Below are positions 18,347 through 27,677 of a stretch of DNA of 47,040 bases, piece after piece (positions within the stretch are counted from its first letter, which is position 1; each line of letters opens with the position of its first letter). The translations under genes were made by a program, and so were the position numbers. Below the pieces are notes generated by a model that saw nothing but the letters and a program-made list of their open reading frames with translations, did not search any database and was not told the DNA's origin. The DNA comes from a virus (Duplodnaviria; Caudoviricetes), in the IMG/VR virus record IMGVR_UViG_3300034062_001837, positions 1 through 47,040 of that record; one strand, written 5' to 3'.

Positions 18347-20452
18347 TCAAGCTCCCTTCAAGTAAGCCAGCGGACTCTTGGCATCAGGGCTGATCTTGCC
18401 GCTTGCAAGATTTTTGCCTTTGTGCTGGCGCAGTTTGGAGCGCATCTGATCAAGCTTAGCGGCTCCTGCTTTAGAAGATCCGTTGCCGAGCATCGCCACC
18501 GATTCTGCGTCCATCACATATTCGCCATCTGACAAGACCGCATTCACATCATCAGAGCGACCGTCCGCACCTCCGCCAATGCGCATGCTGTGCACTTGGC
18601 TAAGTCCGCCCATTGCCTTTGCTTGGACAGGTGGGTTGCCGTATTGATAGTAGGCCATCTTAGGGTCACGAGGACGTTGGGGCATTTGCGGCCGTTGCCC
18701 CTGAAGACCTCCTTGAGCATTTTGCGGCGACATTTGACGCTGCGGCATTGCTCCGCCCTGCATCATTGGGGGACGTCCTTGAGCCATGCCCGCAAGACCC
18801 CCTTGGCCACCCTGACCAGCCGGATGTTGCTGCGCCATGGCTGCCATCAGCTGTGCCCGACGAGGATCTTGCATGCCTTGAGCCATACCACCTTGCGCAA
18901 AGTGTTTCATCTGGATCAAGCCGCCCATCTTTACGGTTTTTGGTTCTTGGCCAGGAATTGGTATTGGCACAAAGCGAGTGTTTTGGAAAAACCGATGCTC
19001 GCCACCTGTTTGACCGTACCTCTCAAGATTGCCGCCGTAGTTAGCTTTGTCACGCATATACTCATACAGGTCGAGCGACTTGTTGAAGTTTTTGTCTTGC
19101 GTTGATCCTCTTGGCGGAGGCTGGCTAGAAGGGGGACCTCCAGCGCCGCCAAGCGCGCTAGTTGCGGCTAAAGCCCCGGCACCAAGCATCCAGGGGTTTG
19201 TGTCCTTGACCCAGTTAACGGCTTGCGTGCCCACATTTTTTGCAGCATCAGCAATTTTGCCGCCGGCCAACTGATCCATGACACTAGGAGTGCCCATGTT
19301 GGTCGTTGGCTCGTAGGTGATGGTCTGGGGAGTTGGCGTAGCGCCTCTTGCGCCAATCGTCACGTCAGGCGTTGAAGAGCCGTAAGTCTTGCCACTATCG
19401 CCCGTCCACGTGTCAGTCGTGCCTCGGATTGAAGGGTCAAGAGACGAGTTGCTGTATTGGAACTCAGGCAAGCCAGAAACATCTGCCGTCAATCCTTGAC
19501 CACCGCCCATGCCTGCGAGGTTGGGGGCGTCAGGCAATTGCAAACCAGGACCGCCAGAGGTGCCTTTAGGAGTCAAGCTGTAGTTGGGGTTTCCGTAGAT
19601 GTCGAACGAGTCTGCCGGGGTAAAGTCCGGGAGCTTGAGGCCAGGTGCTCCTGACTGCATGCCGCTGGCGAGCCCATAGTCTGTGGTTAGCGAGGTGTCT
19701 AGGCCAGAAGTAAATGACGGCAAGTTAGGGGCAGACGCGGCAGGAGCCGATGCAGCCGGCGCTGCAGCCCCCATGTCAACCTGAGGAACATTTGTGTTCA
19801 ACGATTGAAGAGGGCTTGACGCTGCGGCGTCTGCTGCTCCCTGCAGTGGGGAGGCTGTAGTAGCAGGAGCCGCTGCGCTTGCTGCCGCACTATCAACACC
19901 ACCTGGCGACAGGAAGTCATCCCACGCGTCCATTGGAGATGGCGTTGCAACAGCGGGTGCTGCAGAAGATGCCGGCACGTCAAAAGGCACGTCAATAAAA
20001 CTATTGCCAGAAAGCGCGTCCATAGACACGTCAACAGGCGTGCTGGAAAGCGCGTCTGTTGGAGCTGACGCCGCGGACGAACTTCCGCCAAGAGAATTGA
20101 CCAATTCTCCTCCGGCCCAAGTGCCTACGCCAGCAGCCAAGCCACCTTTGATAGCCTCGTCAAAGTCTTCGCCCTGAACAAGGCCTGCGGCAGTATTTGC
20201 TAGGCCAGCTGCAATGCCGGCTCCAACAGTGCCTGAAGTTGCAAACAGAGTTGCAGCACCTGGTCCTAAGAACGATGCCGCCGCAACCGTCGCGATGGCA
20301 GTCAAAGGATCATCAAGGATGGGCTGGATGACGTAGTCGTCAATTGCGCTGCCCACGTCTTCAACAACATCGACGACACTTTCAACGACATCGCCAGAAG
20401 CTTCAACTACGCCGCCAACGACGTCTTCAAAAGTCTCAACTAGAACACTCAT
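18347..20452 (-). CDS. internal virion protein with N-terminal amphipathic/Gly-zipper segment and C-terminal GxSDxxxAxLSDGEYV domain
   Basis: 701 aa; acidic low-complexity middle; C-terminal GGADGRSDDVNAVLSDGEYVMDA. Confidence 0.7.
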   Translation of the reverse strand: MSVLVETFEDVVGGVVEASGDVVESVVDVVEDVGSAIDDYVIQPILDDPLTAIATVAAASFLGPGAATLFATSGTVGAGIAAGLANTAAGLVQGEDFDEAIKGGLAAGVGTWAGGELVNSLGGSSSAASAPTDALSSTPVDVSMDALSGNSFIDVPFDVPASSAAPAVATPSPMDAWDDFLSPGGVDSAAASAAAPATTASPLQGAADAAASSPLQSLNTNVPQVDMGAAAPAASAPAASAPNLPSFTSGLDTSLTTDYGLASGMQSGAPGLKLPDFTPADSFDIYGNPNYSLTPKGTSGGPGLQLPDAPNLAGMGGGQGLTADVSGLPEFQYSNSSLDPSIRGTTDTWTGDSGKTYGSSTPDVTIGARGATPTPQTITYEPTTNMGTPSVMDQLAGGKIADAAKNVGTQAVNWVKDTNPWMLGAGALAATSALGGAGGPPSSQPPPRGSTQDKNFNKSLDLYEYMRDKANYGGNLERYGQTGGEHRFFQNTRFVPIPIPGQEPKTVKMGGLIQMKHFAQGGMAQGMQDPRRAQLMAAMAQQHPAGQGGQGGLAGMAQGRPPMMQGGAMPQRQMSPQNAQGGLQGQRPQMPQRPRDPKMAYYQYGNPPVQAKAMGGLSQVHSMRIGGGADGRSDDVNAVLSDGEYVMDAESVAMLGNGSSKAGAAKLDQMRSKLRQHKGKNLASGKISPDAKSPLAYLKGA

Positions 20453-20907
20453 TATTGCGCCCCTTCACGTTTTTGTCCGAGTTGCAAAGCAACCTGATAT
20501 TGGCCATCGGCCAGCATGGAGACGTTGTAGCCCATGCCCGGGTTGGGGGGTTGCTTTGCGACGTTGCGGAAAATGTTGATCAAGCTCTGGTCCCTGAATT
20601 GTGTGACCAGGGTGTCGAAGCCGGCCTTATAGGCGTCAACGACAAATGAAAAACCAGAAGCCATGAAATTGGGGGCGGTATCTGCGTTCAGTGCTCTGAA
20701 CATGCCCTTGCGAGGTTCTTTTTGCGAACCATGCACCACGTAGACGGTGTTGCCGTAGCGATAGAATTTCGAGCCGGGCATCTGCACCTCTTTGACAAAG
20801 GTGGCGTACACGAATTCCATCGGGTACTCAGATTGCGTGTTCTCAGCAGCTACCTTAAGAAGCTCGCCAAGGTCTAGCATTTGTTGTCGGCTGTCTACGA
20901 GCGGCAT
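20452..20907 (-). CDS. hypothetical protein, possibly GNAT-fold acyltransferase
   Basis: 151 aa; alpha/beta pattern read by eye fits GNAT topology; occupies the slot before the ejection proteins where podoviruses often carry a GNAT-like gene. The fold call is an inference. Confidence 0.5.
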   Translation of the reverse strand: MPLVDSRQQMLDLGELLKVAAENTQSEYPMEFVYATFVKEVQMPGSKFYRYGNTVYVVHGSQKEPRKGMFRALNADTAPNFMASGFSFVVDAYKAGFDTLVTQFRDQSLINIFRNVAKQPPNPGMGYNVSMLADGQYQVALQLGQKREGAQ

Positions 20908-20908
20908 A

Positions 20909-22030
20909 TTAGATCCTCATGTTGAAAAGCGCAGCACTGAACACGTTGCCCATGCCAGCACTCAAGCTTAACACTACCCCTTCAGGAGCTTCGATCGCTT
21001 CTGAGAGGAACACATGATCCTTCTCGCTACGATTCAAGATCCCAGGGACAGTTCCCTTGTCTAAATCATTGAACAGCAAGAGGGTCTCTAACAGTCCGCT
21101 CGCTCCCATCGTATGGCCGATTCGCTGCTTGTACGATGTCGCTACAAAATCACCCAAGCCCTTTTCCAGCGCGGCTTTTTCAGCCTCGTTGTTAGATCTG
21201 GTACCGGTACCATGAGTTTTGACGATTTTAATTTGTTCTGAGGAAACTTGACAAAGTTTAAGCGACCCCTCGATGGCTCGTCTAAAACCTTGCCCGTCGT
21301 CTCTTTGCCCTATGGCGTTTTTGGCAACCTCGGTGGCAGTCCAGGCCGACAAGAGCTCCGCCCTGGCAGGAAAAGTGCCCCTCTTTAAGGCCGCCTCAGA
21401 CTCGAATACGGCAAACGCGGCACCCTGACCTATGTAGAACCCAAAATTCTTGGAATCGAATGCACTGGGGACCACCTGGTGAGTCTCGGCCATGCTTTCG
21501 GTCAAGGTCGCCTTGGCTTCTCCAAAGAACTGGAGCGTCATGTTGTTCACTTGATCTTCGACGGCCAGTACTATGACCCTGTCGAAGCCGTAGAACTTGA
21601 TCAACGTCTGTACGTCCATCAAGGCCTTAAGGCTGGAAGTACAGGCTGTGGCGTCAGTTGCCGTGTGATCGATCTCTCCGCACTGAGCAGCCACCCGACC
21701 GGCGTAGATCTGGGTCAGTGACAACGGAAGGACCTTGTAGTTGTAGGTCCATTCATTCTCGCGGTTGAGTTTGGCGCCCTCGTTGGCAAAATTGCTGTTG
21801 CCGGCGGCCAGGATGAAGGCTGTCTTGCCCGTCTGGTTTTCCCGGAGTCGCTTCAGGAGACCAGGATCCAAGACTTTTTCAGCTACCTGATGGGCTGGAT
21901 AGATCAGACCTGTCTTGACCCTGTTGTAGGTGTCGGGAAACAGGTGAACTTTTTGGGGGAAGGTATGGTTCTCAAAGAGAGTCGTATCCTCAATGCACGC
22001 AGTGCGGCTTTCGGTAAGGAAGATTCTCAT
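20909..22030 (-). CDS. beta-ketoacyl-ACP synthase (FabB/FabF-like ketosynthase)
   Basis: Catalytic Cys in DATACTSSL, His in VKTHGTGT, Lys/His in SYKQRIGHTMGASG; GFYIGQGAA motif. Confidence 0.9.
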   Translation of the reverse strand: MRIFLTESRTACIEDTTLFENHTFPQKVHLFPDTYNRVKTGLIYPAHQVAEKVLDPGLLKRLRENQTGKTAFILAAGNSNFANEGAKLNRENEWTYNYKVLPLSLTQIYAGRVAAQCGEIDHTATDATACTSSLKALMDVQTLIKFYGFDRVIVLAVEDQVNNMTLQFFGEAKATLTESMAETHQVVPSAFDSKNFGFYIGQGAAFAVFESEAALKRGTFPARAELLSAWTATEVAKNAIGQRDDGQGFRRAIEGSLKLCQVSSEQIKIVKTHGTGTRSNNEAEKAALEKGLGDFVATSYKQRIGHTMGASGLLETLLLFNDLDKGTVPGILNRSEKDHVFLSEAIEAPEGVVLSLSAGMGNVFSAALFNMRI

Positions 22031-22317
22031 ACGAACCACTCCTTGGCCTGAACCAAATCAACTGGCTGTCTACGTCCCCATTCTTTCAGAAAGTTGAAAA
22101 GATCTTGCGGGGTCTCTCCCAGCATCTCTTTACTTTTTTCGTCTTCTACGTCGTATATCTCGCACAAATATACTGTGCACATCAGCATGTCAAGACTGTC
22201 TAGGCCCGTCTCCTTAAGGACGGCCCCCATGGAGTCAATGGGTATGAGCTCGCTGTTAAACGGTTTGGCTTTTTTAGCTACGTCATTCAGTAGCTGCGTA
22301 AATTCTTGATCGGTCAT
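22027..22317 (-). CDS. acyl carrier protein
   Basis: 96-aa acidic helical protein with the GLDSLD phosphopantetheine attachment motif; ATGA-coupled to the ketosynthase. Confidence 0.85.
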   Translation of the reverse strand: MTDQEFTQLLNDVAKKAKPFNSELIPIDSMGAVLKETGLDSLDMLMCTVYLCEIYDVEDEKSKEMLGETPQDLFNFLKEWGRRQPVDLVQAKEWFV

Positions 22318-22544
22318 CAGTCCACCATTTGTACAAATCGTTGGGCCCAAATACGCCAGTCGGTAAATGCAAATGGATCTGGAATGTTTTTTTGACTAAG
22401 TCCTGAGATCACGCAGAACTGTAGTGCCCATTCCTGCCACCTGTTCTCATCGTCTAGCCTTGAAAGCGCTCCGTAGGATGACAGGTCCATAACGATCTGA
22501 TCGGCCCAGTCGCGCAGTCCGATTATAACAGGTTGCGTGATCAC
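22317..22544 (-). CDS. hypothetical protein (Trp-rich, tail region)
   Basis: 75 aa, overlapping both neighbours. Confidence 0.65.
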   Translation of the reverse strand: MITQPVIIGLRDWADQIVMDLSSYGALSRLDDENRWQEWALQFCVISGLSQKNIPDPFAFTDWRIWAQRFVQMVD

Positions 22545-24187
22545 GTGGAACCCCCGGCCACACCGCCGAGTACGTTTCCGTCAGCTTCACCAACGTGGGC
22601 GATGACCTGGCCCATCTGGTAGTCACCATTGATGGTGTTAGAGGTAAACTTAAACCGCAGTTCGCGGCGTTCTTCTTTGAACCAGACGACCTGCTCGTAA
22701 GGCGTTGCTGGAACGGCAAAGATGGTGCGCTCAGGTCCTTGAACCTCAAGGGCCTTGGCGTTAGCTCGTCCGGTCAATCGGACAGTCATGTTTTCAGACT
22801 GCACGAAATCAGGTTCAATGGATTCGACCCGTATCCACTTGTTCTTTGATCCGCCAGCAGGAGTCAGCATGCTCATGTCAGCGGTCTCGAAGAAAGACGG
22901 GACTGCCGTGATAAACTGGCCGTCGACCTCGTTTACGCCGCGTTCATGCTGCCAGACCTTGTAGCCCTCTTGAGGAACCACGATCCGTTGGTCACCGTTC
23001 TGGGTGATCCGCAAGTCGCCACCTTCAGTTACCCTATTGTTGGGAATGAAGTCCGATTGTTGTAGGCCGCACAGAAGAGGCGCAGAGTATAAAGGAGACC
23101 ATTCTCCAGCCGTCCGTCCGTCATTGGGCAGCACTGTGTCGTACCAGGTGTTTTCGCGGATGTTGTAGATGATTGCGTGAGTGCATTCTGTGGCAGTACC
23201 GCGCGGATAGCACCACCAGATCTCACCAAACCTAGGGACCTTGTAGGCCCAAACGCGTTGCGCAGCTTCCCTGTTTAGGCCGTCGTAGAAGTAGTTGATG
23301 TTTAAGTTGTTGGGGATCTCGCGAACCACGCCATTAAACATCAGCATGCGGTCCGTTCCAAGCCAGAAATATTGGCCGTCGTACTCGATCACTGAGTTGG
23401 CAGACAGGATGCTGGAGTACGGGCTGATCGTGTCGAACTGGAAGACTTCTTGGCCACCGACAAAGGATGCCCTGATGACAGCATCTGCGCTCCAAAAGAG
23501 GCCTGCTGGCGCGTTTCCTGGACCACCCCTAAGGGCAAGTCCACGGACGATCTTTTGACCTGCTACGCGAGCACTCCCTGAGCCCATGCCGGTCAAGTCG
23601 GTTGGGGCTCCAGCCACAGACCATCCAATGGTGCCGTCGTTGCCAAAGTACATCAAATAAGGATGCAAGGAGACTACGCCTCCCGTCACACTCACGCCGG
23701 CCGGGAAAGTGGTAATTTCGGTCAGTGGATCTGTTCCGGTCATAGACCCGATAAACAACTGGCCGCCACTCGTGTTGCAAAGGCAATTTGCATTTGGAGC
23801 CACTTGGGCCACGATCATGTTGGCAGCCGGGATCGACTGGCTGTCGTAGATCACGTCAAACTGCCAGAGGTTGTTGTCGCTTGCGTTGTACGTGATCGGA
23901 GTCCTATCAGTCATTAGGCTTGAGTTGCCGCTGGGATCCAACGTAAAACGTTGCAGGAAGTCAGCGCTGCCAGAGTGAAAATATGTCTGGCTGTCCTGGG
24001 TGAAAGTCTTCACGCCTCGGCTAATCTCGGTCAGGTAACGATTGACTACGGTGTAGCCTCCAACCTTTCTCGGAAGGCCGCGCTGCCAACGGACCCATTG
24101 TCCGTCGACATGGTAGTCTCCCTCGTACCTGGTGCCATCACGCTTGATGCCAGGCAGCGACTTAAGGACGATTGGAGTTGTTGCCAT
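22541..24187 (-). CDS. tail nozzle / DNA-stabilisation protein (tail tubular B / P22 gp10-like)
   Basis: 548 aa, beta-rich propeller-like pattern; podovirus gene order. Confidence 0.6.
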   Translation of the reverse strand: MATTPIVLKSLPGIKRDGTRYEGDYHVDGQWVRWQRGLPRKVGGYTVVNRYLTEISRGVKTFTQDSQTYFHSGSADFLQRFTLDPSGNSSLMTDRTPITYNASDNNLWQFDVIYDSQSIPAANMIVAQVAPNANCLCNTSGGQLFIGSMTGTDPLTEITTFPAGVSVTGGVVSLHPYLMYFGNDGTIGWSVAGAPTDLTGMGSGSARVAGQKIVRGLALRGGPGNAPAGLFWSADAVIRASFVGGQEVFQFDTISPYSSILSANSVIEYDGQYFWLGTDRMLMFNGVVREIPNNLNINYFYDGLNREAAQRVWAYKVPRFGEIWWCYPRGTATECTHAIIYNIRENTWYDTVLPNDGRTAGEWSPLYSAPLLCGLQQSDFIPNNRVTEGGDLRITQNGDQRIVVPQEGYKVWQHERGVNEVDGQFITAVPSFFETADMSMLTPAGGSKNKWIRVESIEPDFVQSENMTVRLTGRANAKALEVQGPERTIFAVPATPYEQVVWFKEERRELRFKFTSNTINGDYQMGQVIAHVGEADGNVLGGVAGGST

Positions 24188-25377
24188 CAGTAGGTTCCGC
24201 CCTGGATTGGATCAAGACCAATAGATGCTTGGGCAGCTGCTTGAGAAACAGCAGTGAACAAGGCGATACCTGTTGCGGTGCCGCCCAAGTTAATCAAGGC
24301 GTTGCCCGCAGTTGTGGCTCCAGTGCCCCCGTCGGAAACGCTGATAGGAACGGCCACGCCGCCGGTATCAGCAGCAACCACGTTGGTGCTGTCGCAGTAC
24401 AAGATTGCCCGAGAACCTTGATTGACCGTGTAGCCAGATGCAATTGAGGTCTTGACGGTCAGGGTGTAAGGACCTGTTGTATTGTTGGCAGCCCAGTACT
24501 GCTGGACAGTTTGCGGCACGATGATTGTGCGATTGCCGGTCAAGACGCCTGTGAAGCTGTAGGCAATGCGGTTCAGCTCGCTGCCTGACAAGACATAGTT
24601 GCCAGACCCCGCCACGTTGATGGACGTGTAGTCAAAGGCAAAGACGGGCGATTGGCCGTAACCAAGGGTGTAGAAGTTGTTGCCATCCGTAAAGATGATT
24701 GCGGAGTCGCCAGGTTGGAAGACCAAGGTTGCAGAACCGTTGATCGTTTGGCCCCCAGGAGGATCTACCAACAAGGCGCCTGTGCCTTCATTCCTCAGCT
24801 GAAAAAACCAGTTATTTCCAAGGGTGCCGGCAGTGGCCATGGTAAGAGTGCCTGCTCCCCCATTCCAAATGTATGTCTTTGCGCGATCGTCGACGTCCGC
24901 CGTGTAGTTAGTTCCAAAGAACGTGACAGGCATTGCCAGGGACAGAAGGGAGCCAATGGCAATCAAACCTGTACCGGCTAAAGACGCTGCGTTTGCCGCA
25001 GAGACCGCTGCTCCAAACTGGAATGCAAGCCAAGTGCCGCCAGCAGTTGTGTTGTTAGTCAGGTAGATCTGCCAAACTTGGCCGGCAGCAGGAGCCGCAA
25101 TTTGCGTTCCCGCAGCGTTCCTGATGATAAAGGAATTGGCCCCAACATTGTTAAACAAGATGGCTTGGCCGGTTGATGCCTCAAGGGCGCTTGGCAAAGT
25201 TAGGCTCCAAGGACCTGCTGTGGCCGTGACATCCATGATGCCTGCGATCAGGTTTGTTGAAGGAGCAGTCTCAAGCGCCCAGTCAAAAGTCGTGTTTGCT
25301 GTAAGGCTCACTGTGGCGTAGCTGATCTCTGCAGGAGAGATGTTGCTGCCGCCAAAGATGTTGGTAAAGGTGGTCAT
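24187..25377 (-). CDS. virion tail structural protein
   Basis: 396 aa, Thr/Gly/Ala-rich beta repeats and a GGTGATTA...ALINLG fibre motif. Confidence 0.6.
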   Translation of the reverse strand: MTTFTNIFGGSNISPAEISYATVSLTANTTFDWALETAPSTNLIAGIMDVTATAGPWSLTLPSALEASTGQAILFNNVGANSFIIRNAAGTQIAAPAAGQVWQIYLTNNTTAGGTWLAFQFGAAVSAANAASLAGTGLIAIGSLLSLAMPVTFFGTNYTADVDDRAKTYIWNGGAGTLTMATAGTLGNNWFFQLRNEGTGALLVDPPGGQTINGSATLVFQPGDSAIIFTDGNNFYTLGYGQSPVFAFDYTSINVAGSGNYVLSGSELNRIAYSFTGVLTGNRTIIVPQTVQQYWAANNTTGPYTLTVKTSIASGYTVNQGSRAILYCDSTNVVAADTGGVAVPISVSDGGTGATTAGNALINLGGTATGIALFTAVSQAAAQASIGLDPIQGGTY

Positions 25378-25378
25378 G

Positions 25379-26032
25379 TTAGGCCTCGTTTCTCACGGCA
25401 CCACGGTCCAAGATCTTGCTCATGTCTTCACCTTGCAATGCTTGCGCAGCTGATTGATACATGGCCTGCCAGACGGGGATTCGTTCGTCGTTTTTCAGGA
25501 ATGGAGTAGCCTCCAACAGGGTTGCGTACAGCAGCAAGTTGGGAGCATACTGAGTCAGCCAGTTGGTCTGGGTGTTATCATCCAACAAGACTGGCAATTC
25601 GTAGTACAGGATCTCAACGGGATAGGCAGCGTCAGGTGTTGGGGCGATGATCCAATTGGTGTAGTTGTAATCGGCGTAGAACACAGGCTGAGCAACCAGG
25701 GTATCATTGGGCCAGTAGCTCCTGATGTACTCGTAGACCCTTGAAAACAGCTGGACGCGAGTGTTGTTGCTTGTGCTCGTCCCGATGTTCATAGAGATAG
25801 TCTCGCGCCAGCGGTCTGGCTTAGGAAGGACCGCAACACCGGCCTGCAAATTGGTCACGACAACGGTCTGAAAGCCTTGGATCTTAAGATCACGACTGAT
25901 GCGGCGTTCTGCAAAATTGATCAGGCTTGGAATCTGGGCGTAGACCAATGGGTCGGTGACGGCAGAGGCACCACGTTCCAGGTAGCTGCGTACGTCGTTT
26001 TGAAGCGACGCAAAGGTCATTGCCTGTGGCAT
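25379..26032 (-). CDS. tail adaptor (tail tubular protein A-like)
   Basis: 217 aa; INFAERRI, PTPD..Y, TNWL...APNLLLYATL pattern of head-tail adaptors. Confidence 0.65.
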   Translation of the reverse strand: MPQAMTFASLQNDVRSYLERGASAVTDPLVYAQIPSLINFAERRISRDLKIQGFQTVVVTNLQAGVAVLPKPDRWRETISMNIGTSTSNNTRVQLFSRVYEYIRSYWPNDTLVAQPVFYADYNYTNWIIAPTPDAAYPVEILYYELPVLLDDNTQTNWLTQYAPNLLLYATLLEATPFLKNDERIPVWQAMYQSAAQALQGEDMSKILDRGAVRNEA

Positions 26033-26034
26033 AC

Positions 26035-26493
26035 TTACACCAGTTCAAAATGAGGACCATCAATAAACGGTCGTTTGCCGTTTGCCCTGCGCGTGTCGAT
26101 GTAGTGCATCATAGCCGATTCCATCGTGCCATCCCATTTCCGAATGTCAGGAACGTTCCAGGCTGCTCCCCAACGTACGGCTACGTTTTTCTCAATTGCG
26201 GCCTGTTTCATGGCGTCTGCAATGTTGTCGTACAGGTTGAGCTCCCAACTACCGCGATCGCCTAGATACGCCATCAGGTCCACAGCTTTTCCGGCAACGT
26301 GAGTGCCGCCTTCCCGAACCTGGCTTGCACCTTTCTCGAAAAGCTCGATCTGTCTTTCGCGCGTGCGCAGCCCCTCTGTAACGCCAAAATCAACCGTGGT
26401 GAGCTCGATGGCGCGCTTGACAACTTCAACCAGTTTAGGGTCAACACCCGCCAGTTTGTCAAAGCTACGTTGAGAAAGTTGGAATGGCATCAT
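26035..26493 (-). CDS. endolysin, peptidase M15 (L-Ala-D-Glu peptidase type)
   Basis: EGLRT..RQ, H..GKAVD, RWG..W and DGPHFEL zinc motifs. Confidence 0.9.
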   Translation of the reverse strand: MMPFQLSQRSFDKLAGVDPKLVEVVKRAIELTTVDFGVTEGLRTRERQIELFEKGASQVREGGTHVAGKAVDLMAYLGDRGSWELNLYDNIADAMKQAAIEKNVAVRWGAAWNVPDIRKWDGTMESAMMHYIDTRRANGKRPFIDGPHFELV

Positions 26494-26512
26494 TGCTCCT
26501 TTGAATTCGGTT

Positions 26513-27007
26513 TTATTTACCAGTGGTTTTGGTGAGCAGGTCAGTCTTGGCTTGAGAGCCAGCAGAGCTGCCAAAATAGTAGGCGATGATGCCCGTCCAG
26601 GCCGTTCCCAGCGACCCCAGCATCATCAAGATGGCCGGGTTGTTGCTGTCGATCTGGTTGAAAAACATCATCACTACAATGCTGAAAAATCCAAGGGTCA
26701 CAGCGCAAGCCAGAATAGGAGGCATCATTGAGCGGGTCGTGGCTTGCATTTCCCGTGCGCTCTTGCGGTCCTCAACGGCCAGCTTCTCAAAGTTCAGGCC
26801 TAGCTCCTGGGCTTGTTTTGCAAGTTCAATCTCAGCCATCTTGAGCTGGGCGACTTGATCGGCATTGAGCTTGTTGCTGGAGATCAGGTCTTGGACCTTG
26901 TCTTCATCCACGCCAACGGCTTTAGAGATGGCCGACACCGCCATACCTGCCAGTGGGCCACCCAGTGCAGTGGCAATCGTTGGGGCAATTTGTTTAAGCC
27001 AGTCCAT
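26513..27007 (-). CDS. holin-like membrane protein
   Basis: APTIATALGGPLAG N-terminus, DRKSAR, two C-terminal TM segments ending YYFGSS; adjacent to the endolysin. Confidence 0.7.
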   Translation of the reverse strand: MDWLKQIAPTIATALGGPLAGMAVSAISKAVGVDEDKVQDLISSNKLNADQVAQLKMAEIELAKQAQELGLNFEKLAVEDRKSAREMQATTRSMMPPILACAVTLGFFSIVVMMFFNQIDSNNPAILMMLGSLGTAWTGIIAYYFGSSAGSQAKTDLLTKTTGK

Positions 27008-27009
27008 GT

Positions 27010-27435
27010 TCACTCCTTTTTTGCAGTTACAACATCGTCACCCTTGCGCACTGTCACCTTGTCGCCCTCAACGTCAACGCGCATCGGCTGTTCTGGGCGG
27101 TCAAGGCGGTCGAGCTTGTCAATCAACTGCTTCATGACCTCAAACTCGGGCTTTTCCTGCTTTGGGGCTGTACCAGCGATGCCATTGAGCATGGAGATGA
27201 GCGCAGTCAATGCGGCACCCAGCAGGCCCATGACAGCAGCGATCTTTTCATTCTCCAGCACTACGCTGGAACCGACACCGATGACGATAATCAAGGTGAT
27301 GTAGAAAAGGCCACTTTCGCCAATGGCCTTGCCAGCAACCTCTTTGGCTGTGCTTTGCGCTTGCAGCCGGTTCAACTCAACTTTGGCTTGCTCCTTGATA
27401 AGCGCAAGCTGGTGAGTTAGGTCTTGATCTGACAT
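27010..27435 (-). CDS. two-TM membrane protein (lysis cassette)
   Basis: Two hydrophobic helices; GTGA overlap region with the holin-like gene. Confidence 0.6.
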   Translation of the reverse strand: MSDQDLTHQLALIKEQAKVELNRLQAQSTAKEVAGKAIGESGLFYITLIIVIGVGSSVVLENEKIAAVMGLLGAALTALISMLNGIAGTAPKQEKPEFEVMKQLIDKLDRLDRPEQPMRVDVEGDKVTVRKGDDVVTAKKE

Positions 27436-27437
27436 AT

Positions 27438-27677
27438 CTACACCTTTAGAAGTTCCCAGGCAGAACCAATCACAATGCCAGGCAGCGCGGTGGCAACAGC
27501 ATCCCAAACGTCAGGCTGACCCTCTTTGCGATACCACTGCTGGAACTCGTAGAAGATGCCGAACACGATGCTGCCGATGGCAACGGCCCAGCCAATGGGC
27601 AAAAAGTGAATCGCGCCAAGGACAACAGTCGAGCCGACGCCCATAGCGAGATGTTGTAGCTTGTCTCTTGCGATCAT
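27438..27677 (-). CDS. small membrane protein (VanZ-like DKxxH...E..Q...D pattern)
   Basis: 79 aa, hydrophobic; DKLQH, YEFQQ and DVWD motifs. Confidence 0.55.
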   Translation of the reverse strand: MIARDKLQHLAMGVGSTVVLGAIHFLPIGWAVAIGSIVFGIFYEFQQWYRKEGQPDVWDAVATALPGIVIGSAWELLKV

